Assembly (NCBI GenBank): GCA_963678065.2
Contig: CAXXVZ010000004.1
Location: 672,001 to 736,000 of the forward strand
Origin: Treponemataceae bacterium
Lineage (GTDB): Bacteria; Spirochaetota; Spirochaetia; Treponematales; Rectinemataceae
DNA: 64,000 nucleotides
Direction: 5' to 3'
Position 1 is the stretch's first letter. Every line of letters starts with the position of its first letter. Positions 1-9,002 of this stretch are shown piece by piece. The position numbers and the translations under genes are program-made. The notes under the pieces are model-generated. The model did no database searches, was not told the origin of the DNA, and worked only from the letters and a program-made list of their open reading frames with translations.

Positions 1-216
1 GTTGTCGGTGCCCAGGAGGTGCCCCCCACTCCCCGCAGGGAGGAAGGCGCTGCCGAGATCCATGGCGTAGGGGTCGAAGCGCACCAGAGACGGGGCGAAG
101 ACCGCGACGACGATGAAGGCGAACAAGGCGGCGAGACCGACGATGCCCAGCTTGTGGCGCGCGAAGACTCTAAGGAGGCGGGGCGCTCCGGAGTGGTTGG
201 TGTCTTTCTTTTTCAT
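1..216 (-). CDS. Peptide/nickel-family ABC transporter permease (DppC/OppC-like), 5' part; runs off the window
   Basis: Manual translation from ATG at 216 gives MKKKDTNHSGAPRLLRVFARHKLGIVGLAALFAFIVVAVFAPSLVRFDPYAMDLGSAFLPAGSGGHLLGTDN, an OppC N-terminal helix plus HLLGTD motif. Starts 1 nt after the DppB-like stop. Confidence 0.9.
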   Translation of the reverse strand, partial: MKKKDTNHSGAPRLLRVFARHKLGIVGLAALFAFIVVAVFAPSLVRFDPYAMDLGSAFLPAGSGGHLLGTDN

Positions 217-217
217 G

Positions 218-1165
218 TCAGTCGTACCTGATCCTCGGATCCACGAAGACGTACAAGATGTCCACGAGGAGCATCACCGCCACGAAGGAAACCGCAAACA
301 CGAGCACCGTCCCCTGGATGAGGGGCAGATCTCTGAACTTGACGGCGTTCATGGCCAGCATCCCCAGGCCAGGCAGCGAAAATATTGTCTCGATGATGAC
401 TGCGCCTCCCAGGAGCGAGCCGAACTGCATGCCGAAGGTGGTGAGTATCGGCAGGAAGGCGTTCGGAAACGCGTGTCTGAAGAGGACGCCGATCTCGCTC
501 TGTCCCTTCGCCCGGGCCGTCCTCGCAAAGTCCTGGCCGAGGGCTTCGATCATGCAGGCGCGCGTGAGGCGCGTGAGAATGCCTGCCATACTGCTGCCCA
601 GGGTCACCGATGGCAGGATGAGATAGCGGAGCTGTTTGAGGAGAGTCGCGTCGTAGGAAGGGAGCCCCCGGATCGGCAGCCATCCCAGTTTGAGGCCGAA
701 GAAGAGTATGAGAAGGAGTCCGAGATAGAATGACGGCATCGAGACTCCCACGAGGGCGATCGCCGTAGCGGAGTAGTCGAAGGCCGACCTGCGTTTCGCC
801 GCCGCGAGTACCCCCAGAGGGATGGCGATAAGAAGGGAAATGAGACTGGAGAAGAGGGTCAGTCTGAAGGTATTGCCAATCTTTTCTCCTATCATCTCGG
901 CCACGGGGCGGTTGAACTGTATCGACCTCCCCATGTCCCCCTTCAAAAGCCTCCCCAGGTAGAGACCGTACTGTGCATACCAGGGGCGATCGAGGCCGAG
1001 TTCGGCCTTGAGTTTCGCTACGTTCTCCACATTGACCGACTCGTTGCTCAGCATGAGACTTATCGAATCACCAGGGGCGAAGGAGACCATCGCGAAGACA
1101 ATGAAAGAGATGCCAACGAGGACCGGGATAGTCGTCAAGATCCTCCGCGCGAGATATTTTCCCAT
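218..1165 (-). CDS. Peptide/nickel-family ABC transporter permease (DppB/OppB-like)
   Basis: YLARRILTTIPVL N-terminus, GDMGRS, TARAKG..VLFRHAF EAA-like loop, C-terminal DPRIRY. Confidence 0.93.
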   Translation of the reverse strand: MGKYLARRILTTIPVLVGISFIVFAMVSFAPGDSISLMLSNESVNVENVAKLKAELGLDRPWYAQYGLYLGRLLKGDMGRSIQFNRPVAEMIGEKIGNTFRLTLFSSLISLLIAIPLGVLAAAKRRSAFDYSATAIALVGVSMPSFYLGLLLILFFGLKLGWLPIRGLPSYDATLLKQLRYLILPSVTLGSSMAGILTRLTRACMIEALGQDFARTARAKGQSEIGVLFRHAFPNAFLPILTTFGMQFGSLLGGAVIIETIFSLPGLGMLAMNAVKFRDLPLIQGTVLVFAVSFVAVMLLVDILYVFVDPRIRYD

Positions 1166-1251
1166 TCTTCCTCTCCAAGCCTATAGACACGACCACGGGG
1201 CAAGAAACCTGCCCCATGATCGCGTCTATAGAAGTGAACCGATGGATCGAC

Positions 1252-2832
1252 TTATTTGCTGAGCCAGACGTTGTTCTCGGTGGAGACGAGGTTCAGGCCG
1301 CCCCAGGGAGGGACGAAGTCCACGACCTTCTTGCTTACGACCGAGTAGCTGAACTCGAAGTAGAGCGGTATGCCGACCGTGTCCTGGAACACCAGGCGCT
1401 GGGCCTTCTTCCAGAGGGCAGAGAGCTCGTCGTACTTGATCTTCGTCAATGCATCGTCCAAAAGCTTGTTGACCTCGGGGTTGTTGTAGTAGTGCGTGTT
1501 CGCGGAGCCGATCATGCTGCCATGGAAGAGTGAATGGAACCCTGTCGTGCCTGCGAAGCTGTAGTCGAAGAACATGGTAGTGTTGCCCTTGACGAGATCG
1601 TCGGCCCAGACCGCGGTGTCTTGGGTGAGCACGCTCGCGTTGATGCCCTTCTCGCGCATCTGGGTGGCGAGGATGGTCAGCGCCTTCACTTGGGAGCCGG
1701 CGAGTGTCTTGATCTCGATCTTGAAGGGCTTGTCGTTGTACTCGAGGAATCCGTCGCCATTGCCGTCCTTGAAGCCGTTGGCCGCCAAGATCTTGAGCCC
1801 CTGCGCAGGATCGTAGCTCCAGAGATTCTTGAGCGAGGGGTCGTAGCCGAAGGGGACCCAGGGCGGAACCTGGCCGTACGCGCGCTCGCCGTGGTTCCCG
1901 ATCACCGCCTTGTACGCTGAATCGATGTCCAGGAGCATCGAGAGTGCCTTGCGGACCGCGGGGTTGTTGTAGGGCGCGACAGTCACGTTGAAGCCGATAC
2001 CGCGGTACGAGCCGCCGCCGGACTTGATCACGTCGAACTTCGCGTTCTTCTCGAAGCTGTCGGCCATCTCGAGGTTGAAGAGGTGCTTGATCACGTCGAT
2101 CTCGCCCGACTGCAGGGCGATAGTCTGTGCCAGGGGATCGGGGATCACCACGAACTCCACCGCGTCGAGGTAGACGGGGAGGCGGTACGAGGAATTCTTG
2201 ACCAGGAGGAGGCCCGAGTCGGGGGAGAAGCTCTTGAACTTGAAGGCGCCGGTGCCGATCGGGTACTTGGCGAAGCCATCCTCGCCCAGCTTGTCGATAG
2301 CCTCCTTCGGGATGATGCAGGCGCGGCAGAGTCTGTTGGGGTCGTTGACCAGGAAGGGCTGCGGCGTCTTGGTGGTGATCTCGACCGTGTAGCGGTCGAG
2401 CGCCTTCACGCCGGTGACAGGGCCCAGGGTCCAGGCGGTGCTTGTCTTCATCATGAAGTCGATGGAGTAAACGACGTCATCGGCGGTGACTTCCCTCCGT
2501 GTGCCCTTGGGAAAAACCGGGTTGTCGTCGTGGAAGAGCACGCCCTTGCGGATCGAGAAGACCCAGGTGAGGGGGTCGGGGTTCTTCCAGCTCTCGGCGA
2601 GGGATGGGATCGGTTTGAAGTCATCCTTGGAGAGAATGAAGAGTGAGTCGAAGATGACACTCTGGGCGTCGGTGATGTCGTTCGCGGCGGTCTTGTAGAG
2701 CTGGAGGCTCTGCAGACTCGAGGCCGCGATCTTCAGAGTGCCGCCCGACCGGGGTGTGGCCCCGAAGGCGGCCGACGACAGGCCCAGCAACATTGCGACC
2801 AAAGCGAACCGGATGAACGCTTTCCTGTACAA
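1252..2832 (-). CDS. ABC transporter substrate-binding protein, family 5 (DppA/OppA-like)
   Basis: PSLAESW..PDPLTWVFSIRKGVLFHD and PIGTGAFKF motifs, signal peptide ending AAFGA. Start placed at TTG 2832 after GGAGG; the ORF track extends to 2916. Confidence 0.9.
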   Translation of the reverse strand: MYRKAFIRFALVAMLLGLSSAAFGATPRSGGTLKIAASSLQSLQLYKTAANDITDAQSVIFDSLFILSKDDFKPIPSLAESWKNPDPLTWVFSIRKGVLFHDDNPVFPKGTRREVTADDVVYSIDFMMKTSTAWTLGPVTGVKALDRYTVEITTKTPQPFLVNDPNRLCRACIIPKEAIDKLGEDGFAKYPIGTGAFKFKSFSPDSGLLLVKNSSYRLPVYLDAVEFVVIPDPLAQTIALQSGEIDVIKHLFNLEMADSFEKNAKFDVIKSGGGSYRGIGFNVTVAPYNNPAVRKALSMLLDIDSAYKAVIGNHGERAYGQVPPWVPFGYDPSLKNLWSYDPAQGLKILAANGFKDGNGDGFLEYNDKPFKIEIKTLAGSQVKALTILATQMREKGINASVLTQDTAVWADDLVKGNTTMFFDYSFAGTTGFHSLFHGSMIGSANTHYYNNPEVNKLLDDALTKIKYDELSALWKKAQRLVFQDTVGIPLYFEFSYSVVSKKVVDFVPPWGGLNLVSTENNVWLSK

Positions 2833-3116
2833 TTCGAGACCTCCTGACGATCGATATGCGGCGTCCCGCGCCGCGTGGAACCCTGTGAGTATGCCTCTTT
2901 GCCGTTGAAAAACCAAACAAGTCGGGCTGATTTCAGAGGGATACCCAAAAGCTCGCTTATTTTTTGTTGGCTCCTGTCTTCTTATAATGGAGCCACGCGA
3001 TTCATGCGACCATCGATTTGTTCAAATATTCATTGATGTGTGCATTGTCTACTCCGGCTGTTTGTCCTGTCAAGCACGATTTGCAAGAAAGGCTTCAAAT
3101 CTGACTGGGAGATACC

Positions 3117-3153
3117 AAAAAGCGGGACCGGGCAGAAGCCCGGTCCCGCTTTT
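3117..3153. terminator. Intrinsic terminator, probably bidirectional, downstream of kduD
   Basis: AAAAAGCGGGACCGGGC-AGAA-GCCCGGTCCCGCTTTT perfect stem flanked by A and T tracts. Confidence 0.85.
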
Positions 3154-3212
3154 CAGACGCGATGAATGAACGATCTCGCAGCATACCGTGGGGTAAGCTG
3201 CCCCCTGCGGGA

Positions 3213-3983
3213 TCAGCGGCCCAGCCAGCCCCCGTCGACGGCGATGGTGTAGCCGTTGACATAGTCGGAAGCCTTCGACGCCAGGAACACCACGGCGCCC
3301 CCGACATCCTCAGGCGTACCCCAGCGTCCGGCGGGAATCCGGGCGAGGATTTCGCTGGAGCGCTGTTCATCGGCGCGGAGATTCGCGGTGTTGTCCGTGG
3401 CCATGTAGCCGGGGGCTATGGCGTTGACGTTGATGCCGTACTTGGCCCACTCGTTCGCCATCGTCATGGTGATGCCCTTCACGCCGCTCTTGGAGGCAGT
3501 GTAGGAGGGAACGCGGATGCCGCCCTGGTAGGAGAGCATCGAGGCGACGCTGACGATCTTGCCGCCCGATTTCTGGGCGATGAACTGGCGCGCGACAGCC
3601 TGGGAGAGAAAGAATACGGTCTTGATGTTGATGTTCATGACATCGTCCCATTCCTTCTCGGTGAAGTCGGTGGAATCGTTGCGCGTGATTATCCCCGCGT
3701 TGTTGACGAGGATGTCGATGCGGCCGAACTCCTTGAGCGCGGTCGCGATGATGCGGCCGACCGGTTCGATGCTCATGAGGTTGGCCTGGACGTGCACGTA
3801 GCGCCTGCCCGCGGCCGCGACGGCGGCGGCCGTCTCCGGCGCCGAGTCGGGGTAGGTCACGCCGACGATGTCGGCTCCTGCCTGTGCGAGGGCCGTCGCC
3901 ATGCCCTTTCCGAGTCCGCGCTCGGCGCCGGTCACGATCGCCACTTTCCCGTCGAGCCTGAAACTGTCCAATACTCCTGCCAT
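3213..3983 (-). CDS. kduD: 2-dehydro-3-deoxy-D-gluconate 5-dehydrogenase
   Basis: SDR with TGAERGLG, NNAG, SYQGGIRVPSYTASKSG and VDGGWLGR; adjacent to kduI; RBS AGGAG before ATG 3983. Confidence 0.95.
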   Translation of the reverse strand: MAGVLDSFRLDGKVAIVTGAERGLGKGMATALAQAGADIVGVTYPDSAPETAAAVAAAGRRYVHVQANLMSIEPVGRIIATALKEFGRIDILVNNAGIITRNDSTDFTEKEWDDVMNINIKTVFFLSQAVARQFIAQKSGGKIVSVASMLSYQGGIRVPSYTASKSGVKGITMTMANEWAKYGINVNAIAPGYMATDNTANLRADEQRSSEILARIPAGRWGTPEDVGGAVVFLASKASDYVNGYTIAVDGGWLGR

Positions 3984-4089
3984 TGTTTTCTCCTGTAACA
4001 TGCCGCGCCATATAGGAGGCGGGGTCGGACCCCGTCAGTCATCCGGCGGCATGCGATTCCGGGGCGGAGGTGGCCGCCCCCGGCTGCGT

Positions 4090-4926
4090 TTACCGAAGCT
4101 CCGAGGGCTTCAGGTTGTCCATGTCGTCGAAGGTCTGGTTCTCTCCGGCCATGGCCCAGATGAAGGTGTACTTTCCCGTGCCGACGCCCGAGTGGATGGA
4201 CCAGGAGGGCGAGATGACGGCTTCCTCGTTCCCCATCACGATGTGGCGGGTCTCGGCGGGCTGACCGTGCATGTGGAAAACCTTCGTCGATTCATCCATG
4301 TCGAAGTAAAGATAGACTTCCATGCGGCGCTCATGGGTGTGGGGCGGGAAGGTGTTCCAGACCGAGCCGGGCTCGAGGAGGGTCATGCCCATGACGAGCT
4401 GGCAGCTCTTGCAGACAGCCGGGTGGACGTACTGGTAGATCGTGCGGACATTGCAGCTCTCTACGGCGCCGAGCTTGCGCGGGTTGGCCTTGGAAAATTC
4501 GATCTTGACTGTGGGGTGCTTTTCGTGCGCGGGGCAGCTCACGAGGTAGAACTTGGCGGGGGCCGCGAGGTCGGCGCTCTCGAAGGAGACCTTCTCTGTG
4601 CCCTTGCCGACGTACATGCCGTCGCCGCGGACCATGTCGAAGGAGAGTCCGTCCAGAGTGATGCGTCCGGCTCCGCCGATGTTGATGATGCCGAGCTCGC
4701 GGCGGTCGAGGAAGTTGGGCGTGCCGAATTCCTTGCCGGCTACAAGCTCGAGGGCCGCGCCCGAGGGAGTCGCCCCGCCGAAAACGACGCGGTCGACGTG
4801 GCTGTAGGTCAGGTTGAGCTCACCGGGGACAAAGAGGTTCTGCGCGAGAAAATGCCTGCGCATGGTCTCCGTGTCGTAGTGCTTCATGTCCTCGGGGTGG
4901 TTGGAATAGCGGATGTCGAGATTCAT
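4090..4926 (-). CDS. kduI: 5-dehydro-4-deoxy-D-glucuronate isomerase
   Basis: YSHVDR, FLDRRELGIINIGG, WNTFPPHTHERRMEVYLYF, SPSWSIHSGVGT and FIWAMAGENQ motifs. Confidence 0.96.
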   Translation of the reverse strand: MNLDIRYSNHPEDMKHYDTETMRRHFLAQNLFVPGELNLTYSHVDRVVFGGATPSGAALELVAGKEFGTPNFLDRRELGIINIGGAGRITLDGLSFDMVRGDGMYVGKGTEKVSFESADLAAPAKFYLVSCPAHEKHPTVKIEFSKANPRKLGAVESCNVRTIYQYVHPAVCKSCQLVMGMTLLEPGSVWNTFPPHTHERRMEVYLYFDMDESTKVFHMHGQPAETRHIVMGNEEAVISPSWSIHSGVGTGKYTFIWAMAGENQTFDDMDNLKPSELR

Positions 4927-5011
4927 GGTTCCTCCATATTTCGGGCCGGGCGAAGCGGCCGCTTCGCAAGAACCGCCCTGCGGTATTCAGTCGATCCGGA
5001 CTGCAAGACGG

Positions 5012-5347
5012 TCAGGCAAGGAAATCCTGCCGTTGCGGCGTAAAAACGTCGAGAAGCGTGCCCGCCGAGAGGCAGGTGGTCCCGTGCCTCGCGCCCGCGG
5101 GCAGGTAGACGCTGTCGCCGGGCCCGAGTTCGATGGTTTCATCTTCCACCGTATACGTGAATCTGCCGGAAAGACAGTAGGAAACCTGTTCGTGGGGGTG
5201 GCTGTGGGAAGCCCCCACTCCGCCCGTCGCAAAAATGACTTCCACTGTCATGAGAGCGCCGCCGTGAGCCTTGATCCTTCGACTCACTTTACCCGGATCG
5301 ACGATCGTGACAGGGCAGGAGCGGTCCGGAAAAAACACTTCCGACAT
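5012..5347 (-). CDS. kdgF: Cupin protein, KdgF-like (linearisation of unsaturated monouronate)
   Basis: HSHPHEQ...H cupin metal motif, C-terminal DVFTPQRQDFL, located between kdgK and kduI; RBS AGGAGG before ATG 5347. Confidence 0.8.
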   Translation of the reverse strand: MSEVFFPDRSCPVTIVDPGKVSRRIKAHGGALMTVEVIFATGGVGASHSHPHEQVSYCLSGRFTYTVEDETIELGPGDSVYLPAGARHGTTCLSAGTLLDVFTPQRQDFLA

Positions 5348-5357
5348 GTATGTCCTC

Positions 5358-6392
5358 CTATCTGCTGACTCGGCCCGATCCGTCGCCGGAGGCAAGTTTT
5401 TCGACTTCGGATCTCGTCACGAGGTTGAAGTCGCCGGGGATCGTGTGCTTGAGGGCCGAGGCGGCTACCGCGTACTCGAGAGCCTTCGCCTCGTCGCCGT
5501 ACTCCAGCATACCGAAAATGAGACCCGCGCCGAAAGAGTCACCGCCGCCCACCCGGTCGACGATATCGTCGATCGAGTAGGATTTCGAAACACGGAAGCC
5601 GTCATGCCCGAGGAGGGCGGCCGACCAGCCATTGCGGTCGGCGGACTTGCTCTCGCGGAGGGTGATCGCGATGCGGGAAAGATTGGGGAAGGCAGTCTTC
5701 GTCTTTTCGGCGAGGGCCTTGTACACCTCGGAGGAGAGGTGGCCGCCGGCCGGATCGGCGCCTTCCGCCGTGATACCGAGGGCGAGCTGGATATCTTCCT
5801 CGTTCGCGATGAGGAGGTCGGCGAGGGCGACGAGGCGCTTCATCATGTCCGAAGCCTTCACGCCGTAATTCCAGAGCTTCTTGCGGTAGTTCAGGTCGAC
5901 GGAGACGGTGACGCCCGCGGCCCGCGCGGCTTCGGCGGCCTCGATGCAGGCTTCCGCGGCCGAAAGGGAGAGCGCCGGCGTGATGCCCGTGAAGTGGAAC
6001 CAATCCGCGCCCGTGAAGACGCGCGCCCAGTCGAAATCGCCGGGCTTCATCGCTGAGGCCGCGCTGCCCGCCCTGTCGTAGACGACGAGCGAGGCCCGCT
6101 GATCCGCGCCGGTCTCAAGGTAATAGATCCCAGTTCTGCCGCCAGAGGTCCTTTTCACGAAGGAGCAGTCCACGCCGAATGCCCTGAGGGAGCGCAGCGC
6201 AGCCTCGCCCACGGAATCGGCCGGCAGCGCCGACACGAATACGCCCTGCATGCCGAAATTGCACAGGGAGACGGCCACATTGGCCTCTCCGCCGCCGAAG
6301 GTCGCTTCAAGGGCGGGAGACTGGAATAGCCGCTCGTGGCCGGGCGACTTGAGTCTGAGCATGATCTCTCCGAAAGTCACTATCCTTTTCAT
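5358..6392 (-). CDS. kdgK: 2-keto-3-deoxygluconate kinase (PfkB family)
   Basis: IVTFGEIMLRL, FGGGEANVA, VDLNYRKKLW, DRVGGGDSF and LKHTIPGD. The upstream extension in the ORF track overlaps eda and is discarded. Confidence 0.94.
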   Translation of the reverse strand: MKRIVTFGEIMLRLKSPGHERLFQSPALEATFGGGEANVAVSLCNFGMQGVFVSALPADSVGEAALRSLRAFGVDCSFVKRTSGGRTGIYYLETGADQRASLVVYDRAGSAASAMKPGDFDWARVFTGADWFHFTGITPALSLSAAEACIEAAEAARAAGVTVSVDLNYRKKLWNYGVKASDMMKRLVALADLLIANEEDIQLALGITAEGADPAGGHLSSEVYKALAEKTKTAFPNLSRIAITLRESKSADRNGWSAALLGHDGFRVSKSYSIDDIVDRVGGGDSFGAGLIFGMLEYGDEAKALEYAVAASALKHTIPGDFNLVTRSEVEKLASGDGSGRVSR

Positions 6393-6451
6393 TGCCGTCA
6401 TCTCCCCTGTTTTTTTCATTGTAGCACTGAGGAATGAAACATGCAACATAT

Positions 6452-6473
6452 TTTCGGAATGATGTTCCATTTT
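6452..6473. promoter_or_regulatory. Candidate IclR/KdgR-type operator in the kdgK-eda divergent promoter
   Basis: Imperfect palindrome GGAAT-GAT-GTTCC, read as AAATGGAACATCATTCCGAAA on the minus strand, resembling the enterobacterial KdgR box; a second AATGAAACA half-site lies at 6433-6441. Confidence 0.4.
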
Positions 6474-6528
6474 AACAAATACCATGTTATCATGTCGAAA
6501 GAAATTCGTAATCGCCGGAGGTATGCGC

Positions 6529-7488
6529 ATGAATGAAATTCTGAAAACAATAGGAGAAATCGGGCTCGTGCCCGTCGTGAAGCTCGAGTCGGCCGAGGCG
6601 GCCGTCGGGCTCGGGAAGGCCCTCGTGGCCGGCGGCATCCCGATCGCCGAGGTGACCTTCCGCACGGCTGCCGCGCGCGATTCCATCGCGGCCATGACGG
6701 CCGAAGTTCCTGGACTCCTCGTGGGCGCAGGAACCGTCACCACCGTAGAACAGGCGAAGGCCGCCATCGACGCAGGGGCGAAATTCGCCGTGACTCCGGG
6801 TTTCAACGCGGCCGTCGTCGACTTCTGCATCGAGCGCGGCCTTCCCGTCCTCCCCGGCATCAGCGGAACGGAGGGCATCGAGAAAGGCATCGAGAAGGGA
6901 CTGTCCGTACTCAAATTCTTCCCGGCCGAGCCTTCGGGCGGCGTGGCCATGCTCGACGCCCTCGCCGGCCCTTACGCGAGCCTCAAGTTCGTCCCCACGG
7001 GCGGGATCGACGCCGCGAATCTCGCGAGCTACGCGAGACGTCCCCAGGTCCTCGCCGTCGGCGGTTCCTGGATGGTCAGGCCCGAGATGATCGCGGCCGG
7101 GGACTGGACCTCCATCGAAAGACTCTGCCGCGAGGCCGTCATGGCTCTCCACGGCTTCGGATTCGCCCACCTCGGCATCAACAGCGCGGATGAGGCCGCG
7201 GCGAGGAAGGCCGTCGACCTGTTCTCCGGCCTCTTCGGTTTCGCCGCGAAAGAAGGGAATTCCTCGATCATGGCGGGCGAAAGTCTCGAGATCATGAAGA
7301 GTCCCTTCCTCGGCGCCAGGGGGCACCTCGCCATCCGCTGCAACGATGTCGAACGCGCCGTCGCCCGATTCGCCGGAATGGGTATTGCCGTGAAAACCGA
7401 AACCGCTAAAATGGAAAAGGGCAGGATCAAGGCGGTCTACCTCGACATAGAGCTTGGCGGATTCGCCGTCCACCTCTTGAGGGCCTGA
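6529..7488 (+). CDS. eda: KDPG/KHG aldolase with an additional C-terminal domain of about 110 aa
   Basis: AEVTFRT, VGAGTV, LKFFPAE (Schiff-base Lys), FVPTGGI and AVGGSW motifs; RBS GGAGG 7 nt before ATG 6529. Confidence 0.93.
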   Translation: MNEILKTIGEIGLVPVVKLESAEAAVGLGKALVAGGIPIAEVTFRTAAARDSIAAMTAEVPGLLVGAGTVTTVEQAKAAIDAGAKFAVTPGFNAAVVDFCIERGLPVLPGISGTEGIEKGIEKGLSVLKFFPAEPSGGVAMLDALAGPYASLKFVPTGGIDAANLASYARRPQVLAVGGSWMVRPEMIAAGDWTSIERLCREAVMALHGFGFAHLGINSADEAAARKAVDLFSGLFGFAAKEGNSSIMAGESLEIMKSPFLGARGHLAIRCNDVERAVARFAGMGIAVKTETAKMEKGRIKAVYLDIELGGFAVHLLRA

Positions 7489-7574
7489 TCCGGCAAGGAT
7501 GGACGACAATCCGGGCCCGGGTACCCTGCCACGGACCCGACGGCGCGCAGGGCCGCCCGGAAAAAGGAGTGAGC

Positions 7575-9002
7575 ATGAACAAGCGCTATCCCGTAAAGAT
7601 CGTACAATTCGGCGAGGGAGTATTCCTCAGGGCCTTCATCGACTGGATGGTCCAGACCATGAACGATTCAGGCAGGTTCGAAGGCGGTGTCTGTGTCGCC
7701 AAACCCCGCCCCGGCGACTTCTCTCCGGCCTACGCCGCGCAGGGCATGCGCTATACGGTCTCGCTGAAAGGGCTTCTTGGCGGGAAACGGGTCGACAAAC
7801 GTCAGCGCATCGAGTGTCTGTCCGCGATGGTCAATCCCTACGCCGATTTCGATGGATGGCTCGCGCAGGCCGACAACCCCGATCTCGTCTGCGTCGTCTC
7901 CAACACCACCGAGTCGGGTATCGCCCCCTTCCCGGCCGACCGCGCCGAAGACAGGCCGGCCGCGTCCTTCCCCGGCAAACTGACCCAGTTCCTGCGCCGC
8001 CGATACGAGACCTTCGCGGGCGATCCGAAGCGCGGCCTCGTCGTCGTGCCCTGCGAGCTCATAGAGAGAAATTCCCAGATCCTGAAGGAACTCGTGCTCG
8101 GCCACGCGGCCCGCTGGTACAAGGACGCGGCCTTCGAGACCTGGCTCGCGGATGCGAACACCTGGGTCGACACCCTCGTCGATCGCATCGTCACCGGCTT
8201 CACTGAGGCCGAAAAGGCGCGCGTCCTCGCCGAGGAGGGGTTCGAGGACGACCTCGTCGCCGTGGCTGAACCCTACCACATCCTGGCTCTCCAGGGGCCG
8301 GAATCCCTCGAGTCCGTACTTCCGTTGCGCGCCTCGGGAGTGAACGCCGTCTGGGCGGCCGACATAAGCCCTTACCGGGATCTCAAGGTGCGCCTTCTCA
8401 ATGGAAGCCACACACTCATGACCATGCTCAGCCTCCCCCTCGGCGCTAAAGTCGTCCACGACGCCCTCGCGAACAAGCTCGTGATGGAGGTTCTTCGGGC
8501 CTACCAGAACGCCGAGACCATTCCCGTCATCACCCTGCCCAAGGATCAGTGCGAAGAGTATTTCGCATCGGTGCTCGAGCGATTCTCCAACCCCGACCTC
8601 GTCCACAAGCTCGAGGGTATCTCCGCCAAGTCCGTGGCCAAGTTCGGCGCGCGCATCATGCCGACCGTCCGCGGGCATTACGCGCGCACGGGCCGGCCTC
8701 CCGTGTTCGCAGGACTCGTCCTCGCCGCCCTCGCCTGGAGATACCTCCAGAACTTCGAAATTCCGGATGAACCCGCCGCGATCGCCCACTTCAGGACAAG
8801 GGCCGGACTCTTCGCCTCCGACCCCGCCGCGGCCATGGCTGAGCTTCTCGGCGCTTCCGGCCCCTGGGGCGACGTGAACGCCCAGGTCCCCGGGTTCGCC
8901 ACGGCGGCCGCCGCCAGCTTCGCCATCATCCGCAAGGACGGCTTCGAGGCGGCGATGCGGGAAGCCCTGGAGCGGGCGAGGGCGGAGAGAGAGACATGGT
9001 GA
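7575..9002 (+). CDS. uxaB: Tagaturonate reductase (altronate oxidoreductase)
   Basis: IVQFGEGVFLRAFIDW, SNTTESGI, SFPGKLT, PCELI, TLVDRIVTG and KVRLLNGSHT motifs. Confidence 0.93.
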   Translation: MNKRYPVKIVQFGEGVFLRAFIDWMVQTMNDSGRFEGGVCVAKPRPGDFSPAYAAQGMRYTVSLKGLLGGKRVDKRQRIECLSAMVNPYADFDGWLAQADNPDLVCVVSNTTESGIAPFPADRAEDRPAASFPGKLTQFLRRRYETFAGDPKRGLVVVPCELIERNSQILKELVLGHAARWYKDAAFETWLADANTWVDTLVDRIVTGFTEAEKARVLAEEGFEDDLVAVAEPYHILALQGPESLESVLPLRASGVNAVWAADISPYRDLKVRLLNGSHTLMTMLSLPLGAKVVHDALANKLVMEVLRAYQNAETIPVITLPKDQCEEYFASVLERFSNPDLVHKLEGISAKSVAKFGARIMPTVRGHYARTGRPPVFAGLVLAALAWRYLQNFEIPDEPAAIAHFRTRAGLFASDPAAAMAELLGASGPWGDVNAQVPGFATAAAASFAIIRKDGFEAAMREALERARAERETW

